This document shows, in pieces, positions 36,625 through 47,030 of a DNA stretch of 64,000 bases (its first letter is position 1; every line of letters starts with the position of its first letter). The translations under genes were made by a program, and so were the position numbers. Below the pieces are notes generated by a model. That model saw only the letters and a list, made by a program, of their open reading frames with translations, was not told the DNA's origin and searched no databases. Source of the DNA: Podarcis gaigeae (Eukaryota); the NCBI GenBank assembly GCA_964106915.2, contig OZ066916.1. One strand, written 5' to 3'.

Positions 36625-39600
36625 TTAGTCGTTTAGTCGTGTCTGACTCTTCGTGACCCCATGGACCAGAGCACGCCAGGCACCTCTGTCCTCCACTGCC
36701 TCCCGCAGTTTGGTCAAACTCATGCTGGTAACCTCGAAAACACTATCCAACCATCTCGTCCTCTGCCGTCCCCTTCTCCTTGTGCCCTCCATCTTTCCCA
36801 ACATCAGGGTCTTCTCCAGGGAGTCTTCTCTTCTCATGAGGTGGCCAAAGTACTGGAGCCTCAGCTTCACAATCTGTCCTTCCAGTGAGCACTCAGGGTT
36901 GATTTCCTTCAGTATGGAGAGGTTTGATCTTCTTGCAGTCCATGGGACTCTCAAGAGTCTCCTCCAGCACCATAATTCAAAAGCATCAATTCTTCGGCGA
37001 TCAGCCTTCTTTATGGTCCAGCTCTCACTTCCATACATCACTACTGGGAAAACCATAGCTTTAACTATACGAACCTTTGTTGGCAAGGTGATGTCTCTAC
37101 TTCTCAAGATGCTGTCTAGGCCTGTCATTGCCCTTCTCCCAAGAAGCAGGCGTCTTTTAATTTCGTGGCTGCTGTCACCATCTGCAGTGATCATTGAGCC
37201 CAAGAAAGTAAAATCTCTCACTACCTCCATTTCTTCCCCTTCTATTTGCCAGGAGGTGATGGGACCAGTGGCCATGATCTTCGTTTTTTTGATGTTGAGC
37301 TTCAGACCATATTTTGCGCTCTCCTCTTTCACCCTCATTAAAAGGTTATTTAATTCCTCCTCACTTTCTGCCATCAAGGTTGTGTCATCTGCATATCTGA
37401 GGTTGTTGATATTTCTTCCGGCAATCTTAATTCCGGCTAGGGATTAATCCAGCCCAGCCTTTCGCATGATGAATTCTGCATATAAGTTAAATAAGCAGGG
37501 AGACAAAATACAGCCTTGTCGTACTCCTTTCCCAATTTTGAACCAATCAGTTGTTCCATATCCAGTTCTAACTGTAGCTTCTTGTCCCACATAGAGATTT
37601 CTCAGGAGACAGATGAGGTGATCAGGCACTCCCATTTCTTTAAGAACTTGCCATAGTTTGCTGTGGTCGACACAGTCAAAGGCTTTTGCATAGTCAATGA
37701 AGCAGAAGTAGATATCTTTCTGGAACTCTCTAGCTTTCTCCATAATCCAGCGCATGTTTGCAATTTGGTCTCTGGTTCCTCTGCCTCTTCTAAATCCAGC
37801 TTGCACTTCTGGGAGTTCTCAGTCCACATACTGCTTGAGCCTTCCTTGTAGAATTTTAAGCATAACCTTGCTAGCGTGTGAAATGAGTGCAATTGTGCGG
37901 TAGTTGGAGCATTCTTTGGCACTGCCCTTCTTTGGGATTGGGGTGTAGACTGATCTTCTCCAATCTTCTGGCCACTGCTGAGTTTTCCAAACTTGCTGGC
38001 ATATTGAGTGTAGCACCTTAACAGCATCATCTTTTAAAATTTTAAATAGTTCAGCTGGAATACCATCACTTCCACTGGCCTTGTTATTTGCAGTGCTTTC
38101 TAAGGCCCATTTGACTTCACTTTCCAGGATGTCTGGCTCAAGGTCAGCAACCACACTACCTGGGGTATACGAGACATCCATTTCTTTCTGGTATAATTCC
38201 TCTGTGTATTCTTGCCACCTCTTCTTGATGTCTTCTGCTTCTGTTAGGTCCTTTCCACTTTTGTCCTTTATTATGGAAATCTTTGTATGAAATGTTCCTT
38301 TCATATCTCCAATTTTCTTGAACAGATCTCTGGTTCTTCCCATTCTATTGCTTTCCTCTATTTCTTTGCATTGCTCGTTTAAGAAGGTCTTCTTGTCTCT
38401 CCTTGCTATTCTTTGGAAATCTGCATTCAATTTCCTGTATCTTTCACCATCTCCCTCGCATTTTGCTTGCCTTCTCTCCCCCGCTATTTGTAAGGCCTCA
38501 TTGGACAGCCACTTTGCTTTCTTGCATTTCCTTTTCGTTGGGATGGTTTTCATTGCTGCCTCCTGTATAATGTTACGAGCCTCCATCCATAGTTCTTCAG
38601 GCATTCTGTCCACCAAATCTAAATCCTTAAACCTGTTCCTCACTTCCACTGTGTATTCATAAGGGATTTGACTTAGATTGTATCTTACCGGCCCAGTGGT
38701 TTTTCCTACTTTCTTCAGTTTAAGCTTGAATTTTGCTATAAGAAGCTGATGATCTGAGCCACAGTCAGCTCCAGGTCTTGTTTTTGCTGACTGTATAGAG
38801 CTTCTCCATCTTTGGCTGCAGAGAATATAATCAATCTGATTTCGATGCTGCCCATCTGGTGATGTCCATGTGTAGAGTCGTCTCTTGTGTTGTTGGAAAA
38901 GCGTGTTTGTGATGACCAGCTTGTTCTCTTGACAGAACTCTATTAGCCTTTGCCCTGCTTCGTTTTGATCTCCAAGGCCAAACTTGCCAGTTGTTCCTTT
39001 TATCTCTTGACTCCCTACTTTAGCATTCCAATCCCCTATAATGAGAAGAACATCCTTCTTTGGTGTCACTTCTATAAGGTCTTGTAAGTCTTCATAGAAT
39101 TGGTCAATTTCAGTTTCTTCAGCACAAGTAGTTGGTGCATAAACTTGGATTACTGTGATGTTAAAAGGTCTGCCTTGGATTCGTATCGAGATCATTCTAT
39201 CATTTTTGAGATTGCATCCCAGTACAGCTTTCGCCACTCTTTTGTTTACTATGAGGGCCACTCCATTTCTTTTACGGGTTTCTTGCCCACAGTAGTAGAT
39301 ATGATGGTCATCTGAACTGAATTCACCCATTCCCGTCCATTTTAATTCACTGATGCCCAGGATGTCAATATTTATTCTTGCCATCTCATTTTTGACCACC
39401 TCCAACTTACCCAGGTTCATGGTTCTTACATTCCAGGTTCCTATGCAATATTTTTCTTTACAGCATTGGACTTTCCTTTCGCTTCCAGGCATATCCACAA
39501 CTGAGCGTCCTTTCGGCTTTGGCCCAGCCGCTTCATCAGCTCTGGATCTACTTGTACTTGCCCTCCGCTCTTCCCCAGTAGCATGTTGGACGCCTTCCGA

Positions 39601-39657
39601 CCTGAGGGGCTCATCTTCCAGCGTCATATCTTTTATATGCCTGTTGTCTTTGTCCAT
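36625..39657 (-). pseudogene. BovB ORF (about 1010 aa from first ATG) in a single frame with two premature stops (TGA 37819-37821, TAA 37444-37446)
   Basis: The three ORF-track fragments 37819-39726, 37444-37806 and 36625-37377 are in the same frame; no frameshift. Confidence 0.93.
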
Positions 39658-39708
39658 GGAGTTTTCTTGGCAGGGATACTGGAGTGGCTTGCCGGTTCCT
39701 CCTCCAGG

Positions 39709-39836
39709 TGGATCACATTTGGTCAAAACTCTCCACTATGACCTGTTCATCTTGGGTGCCCTGCTCGGCATAGTTCATAGCTTCTCTGAGTTCTTCAAGC
39801 CCCTTCGCCACGGCAAGGCAGTGATCCATGAAGGGG
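39709..39836 (-). ncRNA. Candidate HDV-like self-cleaving ribozyme at the BovB 5' end
   Basis: Manual fold: P1 CCCCUUC/GAAGGGG, P2 UGGAUCAC/GUGAUCCA, P3 GCC/GGC, L3 UUGCCGU, P4 AGAACUC/GAGUUUU, J4/2 GACCAAA, in HDV order. Confidence 0.6.
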
Positions 39837-41621
39837 ACTTAGTGAATACCATCCTGTAATTTTGCAAAAGTTCACTAACCATGGGTCAGTTGTAGTTAAT
39901 CATACGATCACAGAAATTATTCCATCCATGCAACATTCAGGATGGCTTGCCAGAATGTAAATGCCACCCAATAAAAATGTATTCATATGCAAAGAATACA
40001 ACAATAAAAGCGCACAAAATATAACAAATAAAATGTGCAACATTAACATCTGTCAGAAAGTCTGGACTTTAGGAATAAAATATCCTAAGATATAAAAAAA
40101 ATCAAGGAGCTGCATCCAAGTGTAGCATTTTGTAATTCTATGGAGGTCCTTGGAAATTCTAAATAGTGCTATGAAGTTCCAAAGTCTTTGGAGCATGGGT
40201 TTTTAAATTTTATTTTAAGGCAAGCCTTTTAAGCAGACATTTTGAGATAAGCAATTGTTCAGTTTGCATTCTGTGAAGAAGGATGAATATTTTCGTTTAG
40301 CCAAGTGAGAATATCAAAACAGGAAAGCTGCATTTGATCTAGTACTTTTCTATTTTGTCACTATAAAAATGGAGTGTTTTCCTTCCTCCTCCCACTCCTC
40401 CCCCACCTTTTCATTTTATTTCCTGCCCTAAATGAGCAAACCTGTTTTTCAAAGGTAAGATTCACCAATAGGCCATGAATACTTTAGATGCCTTTCAGAA
40501 ACAGGAAGAAAAATGGCTCTGGCTGCTGTAAACGGATATGCTGCTGTCAGGGAATGGAGATTTAGACGTCTGTAACCATAGCAATCTACAAGCTTATCTC
40601 ACAGAGGTGTGCAGAATTCCCTTTTTCCTGCCATTCTCCCACAGTTCATTAAACTGTCACCTGCGGGTTTCACTGAGCAAACTTATTAAGCAAATGTCAC
40701 ATTTCCATGCAGCCCAGCGCTTTTCAGAGTAGATGTGCTAATGAAATACTATACATATTTCAATTTCGTTTTACAAAAGCATGGGGGAGATTGCCCTTCA
40801 AACACTATTTCTCATCATGGCACAGGCCAATGTTGTTACCATTTCTGGATAAATTAACATTACAATAATGTAGTGGGGCTCTTTTGCTTACTTTCATAAT
40901 GACCCGGACGATCTGTTTTGTTGTTATTCTGGTATAGTTATTCTTTGCTAGGTTCTCGGCAATATAATTTTCAGTTGCCAAGTCAGCCTGGCAGGTAGCC
41001 AAACAATTTAAAGCCTTTTATTTTCATATAGTATTTTGAAAACAATTCCCGTGGCCTCTTCCACATAAGCATTTGTGTTTTCCTCTCCCACCTCCCTTTA
41101 ATTTATAGGTGTGAAGTAGACTCTGTGCATGAATAAAGAGCCCAAGTCCCTGCCCACAGCCCTGACCACAGACAATGGCCCACCTAATCCAGCCTCCTGT
41201 TCTCACAGTGGCCACCTGGATGTCAGGGGAAACCTGCAAGCAGGACCCGAGCTGTCACCCCTCCTGTGGTTTCCAGCAACTGGTTTTCAGAAGCATACGG
41301 CTGCCGACTCGAGGCAAAGCATAGCTATCATGGCTAGTAGCCAACTTTATATGCAATTTAAAGTTGCATATTGCTGGTCTCTGAGTTAATACTCATCAGC
41401 CTGCACTCCACAACCACCAAAGTAGCACAGTTCTTCTTCTTACAGCAGCACCAGTTACCAAACCCCAAACATACCAATGTGTTTTATTTCCATGTACTGC
41501 CACTCCTGCCGTTTAGCATTTATTTAGAGGGCTTAGAAGAGATGGATAAATAGGCCACGAACAGAGAAGTTAGTAAGAATGATACGACCACAGATATACA
41601 GTTCTCTCTTATCTCCTAGTG

Positions 41622-41869
41622 CATGGGGAGGCAAACCGGCCTGGGGGCCGGATCCAGCTCAATCGCCTTCTAAATCTGGCCCGTGGACGGTCCTGGAATT
41701 AGCGTGTTTTTACATGAGTAGAATGTGTGCTTTTATTTAAAATGCATCTCTGGGTTATTTGTGGGGCATAGGAATTTGTTCATTCCCCCCAAAAAAATAT
41801 AGTCTGGCCCCCCACAAGGTCTGAGGGACAGTGGACTGGCCCCCTGCTGAAAATGTTTGCTGACCCCTG
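41622..41869. mobile_element. hAT MITE
   Basis: Exact 8-bp TSD TCCTAGTG; CA...TG termini. Confidence 0.9.
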
Positions 41870-41928
41870 TCCTAGTGCATTCAGCTGGATGGAAGCCCTT
41901 TAGGAACACTTGAACAGAGTTGGCCTTG

Positions 41929-42430
41929 CTAGACAGCATCTTAAAAAGCAGAGACATCACCTTGCCAACAAAGGTCCGTATAGTTAAAGCTATGGTTATC
42001 CCAGGAGTGATGTATGGAAGTGAGAGCTGGACCATAAAGAAGGCTGATCGCTGAAGAATTGATGCTTTTGAATTATGGTGCTGGAGGAGACTCTTGAGAG
42101 TCCCATGGACTGCAAGAAGATCAAACCTATCCATTCTGAAGGAAATCAGCCCTGAGTGCTCACTGGAAGGACAGATCGTGAAGCTGAGGCTAGAATACTT
42201 TGGCCCCCTCATGAGAAGAGAAGACTCCCTGGAAAAGATCCTGATGTTGGGGAAGATTGAGGGCACAAGGAGAAGGGGGCGACAGAGGACGAGATGGTTG
42301 GACAGTGTTCTCAAAGCTACCAGCATGAGTTTGAGCAAACTGCGGGAGGCAGTGGAGGACAGGAGTGCCTGGCGTGCTCTGGTCCATGAAGTCACGAAGA
42401 GTCGGACACGACTAAACGACTAAACAACAA
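41929..42430 (+). mobile_element. BovB 3' fragment (about 500 bp)
   Basis: [15 protein letters not shown]...KSRTRLND C-terminus with one in-frame TGA, CAACAA tail; no clear TSD. Confidence 0.93.
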
Positions 42431-43258
42431 ATGTTTGCACTTAGCTCCTGGTGTGCTACCTTTTGTCACAGAGGTTCCATAGTTGCTTAGAAGCCTTTGA
42501 CAAACCTCCCCCCCCCCCCCGCTAAATATGTCATTGAGAAGATAGTGGCTGCTAGAAAATGTTACTTGAGAAGACAAATCTCTGGGAAACCTTGGATAGG
42601 GATCAAAACAATTCCCACTCTTTTACCAAGCAACCAGCCCTGCTTCAACAGGTACCCACACATTTTCCCCAAGGCCAAGGGACTGGTGGTTCTCTAGATG
42701 CTGCCGGACTACAGCTCCAATCATTCATGTCCTATTGGCGATGCTGGCTGGACCAGGTGGCAGATGAGAGCCAGCAACACCTTAAGGACCACAGTTTCCC
42801 CATCTGTGTCTTAGAGTAAAAGAAGCTTGAGAGAGGCACTTTCAGTCATGAGGGAGGGGAATGGCATGAGGAGAAGGGGATATAAAATGGGGGTGGGCAG
42901 ATTTCAGACCTGCAGGATCTACTACTCCTGAAATCCATCAACAAGAGCCAGGTGATAAAGAATCATAGAATCATAGAATGGATCAGCAGAGGTGGATTTA
43001 GAGGAGCGCAACCAACCAGTTCTGTCACACTTGGTATGAAGACTCAAGGGTGCCACAGGGGACACTGCAACTATGATTCAGAAAGGAGCAAGAGAGGTGG
43101 GGAGCACAGAATTTTGGCATCACAAAGGGCTCTGCTGAAATTTGAGACCCCAAGGTCCACCACTGGGATCAGGTAGGCAAGCATACACTCAGAACTGAGA
43201 AACATGGTGCCTCTGAGCACATGTGCAGACCAGGATTTGGGACTGATTCCAGATTCAA

Positions 43259-43260
<2 letters not shown>

Positions 43261-43297
<37 letters not shown>

Positions 43298-43577
43298 AAT
43301 ACCACCTTTATTGTCAATGTACAACCTGTGTACAATGAAATTAACCGAGCCTCCTTCCCCCCCCAAACACTCAATCCCATTGCACTCTGTGTGCTTGTCG
43401 CACAACACACCAACCCCGAAAGTCAGTTGCACTACATTATTTTCCGTTCAGCAGCCTAACAGCCCACGGATAGAAACTGTTTTTTAGCCTGTTGGTACGA
43501 CTGATTATACTTCTATATTTCCTGCCCGAGGGTAGAAGATTAAAGAGGTTCTGGCCGGGGTGTGAATCATCCTTCCA
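43261..43577 (-). mobile_element. Rex1/Babar-type LINE 3' fragment with (ATG)n tail
   Basis: 43574-43437 translates KDDSHPGQNLFNLLPSGRKYRSIISRTNRLKNSFYPWAVRLLNGK*; 3' UTR stem-loop then GACAATAAA and microsatellite tail. Confidence 0.85.
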
Positions 43578-43762
43578 CAAAAAAGTCCACTCCTGGTTGT
43601 CGACCCCCTTCCCTAATCATTCCTTTCAAATCACCCAGAGATCTACCTCCCAGCCACCTCTTATATAAAGCCCTTCTTTTTCTCTCCCATTTATATTCTG
43701 CTTCCAATTACAGCTTAAGTTTTTCATCTTTTTTTTTTTAATTTAAAAAGTAAAGCGAAGCA

Positions 43763-43983
43763 CAGTGGACACTCGGGTTGTGAACATGATCCGTGTGGGA
43801 TGCACGTTCGCAACCCGCAGAGTTTGCAACCCATGTCTGTGCACTCACGGGTTGCAATTTGGCACTTCTGCGAATGTGCAACCACCGAATCCTGGAAGTA
43901 ACCCATTCCCATACTTCCAGGTTTTGGCAGTCCGCAACCTGAAAAAACACAACCTGAAGCAGCTGTAACCCGAGGTATGACTG
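43763..43983. mobile_element. Tc1/mariner MITE
   Basis: CAGTGGACACTCGGGTT ... AACCCGAGGTATGACTG-TA; imperfect TIRs. Confidence 0.7.
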
Positions 43984-46574
43984 TATCACTAAACTACAGA
44001 TACTGGGTGGTATGCAACTTGGTTTTACTCAGATACACTGAAATTAAGGGCATTACCAAGGTAGGTCTATTAATTTCAATGGGTCTACTCTGAGCGAAAC
44101 TGTTCAATACCACATTTTTTAAAAGCTCCACCCTTGTTCGTTTGACCTTAGAAATTCCATTAATGGATTGCCATTTGTAGGAACACTTAGTGCTTAGTGA
44201 AATCTGATGGATTATAATAATAATAATATTTAGCCATAAACAAAGTACAGGATGCGTAGAGCAGGAGAACACATTCCAACCTTGACCTGAAAGAAACTGC
44301 ATGGGTCACACACTTCCTTGCTGCCTTCTTCCTGCCTGCCTGTTCTTCCTGGTATTACTGTTGTATATCCTCTTTTTCTATGAATGGAAATAAAAATATA
44401 ATTAAGGAAAATAAAAGGACGTACTTTGCCTTGCTGGATCAAAATAAATGTCCATTTCTTCCCCTACACTCTCTCCTACAGTGGCCAGCCAGGTAGGACT
44501 TAATTATTATCAAACCAGAACAAGAAAGGACTTCATCAACGGACAGTAGGAAGCCATACATGAAGCAATACTGTGGCCCTTTGTCAGGGGCAACTATTTT
44601 TTATTTTCTGTTTGCTGGAGAGTGGAAATAATTGTCTTGACTTTCAATCATATAAAATGTCTGCTTCTGTTGAACTGCAGTTACATAGCAAAACAAGTAG
44701 GAGCACGGGGAGTGTCTGCGTGACACACCTACACACTGCAGCCGACACACTATTGTGTCACAACACACAGTTGGGAAAGCTCTGGGCTAGAGTGGTGGGA
44801 GGGAGTTTCAGTGAATAGCTAACAACATTCTAAAACGAGCCACCAACATAATTTTAGTAATGAGGTGGTATTTTTCCCCAGGAACTTAGGAGCATGATTT
44901 AGGTTGGTGAAATGGTAAAAGGGGGGGAAGTTAAAGTCCTGAACTCGTTTTCCAGAACACACACACACAAACACACACAGACACGCAAACACACCTGGTT
45001 GGTTTGTTTTTTAAGAGAATGCCACAAGATCAATTCACTGATCTCCCACATCTTATCTACTATTAAGGCTTCAAAGTTAACCAGCTGGACAATTTTAGTT
45101 AAGTTCCAGTTCTCTTAAAAACAACATTTCCAAGAACCATAGCAGCACACAGTCCAGCTCAAACTGGCCTTTGACTGTTTACTCATGGGTACCACATGTA
45201 CTTCATTGTGTGCTTACAGAAGCGTACCTGGGTGCCCTTGGCAAGGAGCTGTACCAGCGCCACCCCCTCCCTGTCCCTTGCACCGTTGGCAAGGAGATGT
45301 ATTGGTGTGGAGAGGCATGATTTTTGCCCCACCCCGAGGCCTGTGCCTTTGGTGGAGGCCAACCTAACCAACTCCTAGGTAAGCTCCTGTGTGCTTACAG
45401 ACTTCTTAAATCTATGTACAGGTAGCAGACTGGACAGTCTCTATTAGTCAATAAATAGAATGCAATCTAAATAAATAATAGTAATTGCTATGTTCAGAAG
45501 GAATCTTTATTACAAACCAATCTCATAGTAGTTGGCAGTTTTCCTTTGTTATTTTACAGACTTGAGAGAGCACCACTGAACAAGGTATGCCATAAGTGGT
45601 GCTACAAACACAGTGCTATGCATTTAACTGAGAAGTGAGCAGAGGACTGAAACCGCCTCGGTGCCAGCAGCGGGACTTCCCAGGTGCCCCGCAAGGTCTA
45701 GGTTCTACCATCCTCCACTGACATCTCAGCAGAATGTGAGGATGAGAAAGAGACACTAAGGTGTTAAATGCTCTCCCACAGCCCCACCAACCTTTGCCTC
45801 ACCTCTGCCAGCCCCCACTGGCTTATTAACTTACAACCTGTCCAGTCTCTGGTTGTCAGCTTTCTCCTTCTTAGCCTCAGTGCTGCCCTTGTAGAACTCA
45901 GTAGGGAAGATGGGGACAAAACCAAATTACCTGGCTTCCCCCCTCATTGACTCCGGCTCCAGCTAATGTTGGCCTCCCTGCTTTCCACCCTACCAGTCCC
46001 AATGCTGAACCCCCCCCCCCCAATCTTTCCCATTGCTACTTGCATTATGAGAATAATGGAGTTAGATAAGGGGTTTTCTAGGCTGATATTGGGAGGCTAA
46101 CGGGACAGACAGGAAATGATGACTGGAGTGTTGCATTTTACCAAGGAACATTACATTGTGGGTGGATGCCAGTGATGCTTTGTAGAGCAGCCACTTGGGT
46201 TCCCATTTCTGGGGATTAGATTTACAGTGGGATCTTATTACAACACTGGTGACAGAACAGCACCCCTCCACTGGACCTGAGGGCTGCAGGGGGCACAGGG
46301 CAGAGCATGTGGCACCCATAGCTATCTCCTCCAGCACCTCATGTCCCCCCAAATCTCCTACCTGATATAGCAGCTTCACTCTGCCTAAGAGTAGGACTGG
46401 CCACACCTATAGTTTATAATCTTTTTTCAAACTGATTTTTTTTAATGGCACCAAGGCCAAATTTCAAATATTTGCACAAAATATGCACTAAGGCCCTTAG
46501 GCTTTCTGCTCTTAATTATCTTAGATAACTGACCATATAATGCAGCTGTTATTCATTTAGTTAATTAGTTTGTT

Positions 46575-47030
46575 TTTTATACTTAAATTCCACCTTTTCT
46601 CTAAGGAGCTCAAGTTAGCATACAGTGGTACCTCTGGTTACATACTTAATTCGTTCCGGCCATTCTTAACCTGAAACTGTTCTTAACCTGAAGCACCACT
46701 TTAGCTAATTGGGCCTCCTGCTGCTCCTGTGCTGCCGGAGCACGATTTCTATTCTCATCCTGAAGCAAAGTTCTTAACCCAAGGTACTATTTCTGGGTTA
46801 GCGGAGTCTGTAACCTGAAGTGTATGTAACCTGAAGCGTATGTAACCCCAGGTACCACTGTACTTAGTTCTCTTCACTCCACTTTATCCTCACAACAACC
46901 CTTTGAGGTAGGTCAGGCTGAGAGGCAGCAACTGGCCCAGGGTCACCCAGTGAGCTTCATGATCTAGTCGGGAACAGAACCCTGGTCTCCCAGGTGCTAA
47001 TATGACACTCTAACTATTAAACCACACTGG
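46575..47030 (-). mobile_element. CORE/MIR-like squamate SINE interrupted by a mariner MITE
   Basis: CCTCACAACAACCCT...GAGGTAGG core resumes after the MITE at 46623-46860. Confidence 0.7.
46623..46860. mobile_element. Tc1/mariner MITE, same family as 7121-7351 in opposite orientation
   Basis: TIR CAGTGGTACCT/AGGTACCACTG, TA TSD, internal TTCTTAACCTGA repeats. Confidence 0.92.

Larger units (their letters stand above)
36611..39836 (-). mobile_element. Full-length BovB (RTE-clade) LINE, about 3.2 kb, APE endonuclease + reverse transcriptase
   Basis: TSD (GG)ACTTAGTGAAT at 36598-36610 and 39835-39847; (CAA)n tail; IGTWNV, GDWNA, DYIL, SDH endonuclease motifs; QGCILSP and YADD RT motifs. Confidence 0.97.

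Noticed and set aside
36653-37447. 264-aa plus-strand ORF (and 30556-31194, 41733-42395, 39353-39859)
   Set aside because: Antisense shadows of the BovB ORF
39735-39800. Hammerhead ribozyme in the BovB 5' region
   Set aside because: No CUGANGA/GAAA core; the HDV-type topology fits better
45768-45950. Possible CD24-like small GPI-anchored protein exon, suggested by mammalian synteny
   Set aside because: The hydrophobic stretch is not C-terminal, and no matching signal-peptide exon or splice structure was found
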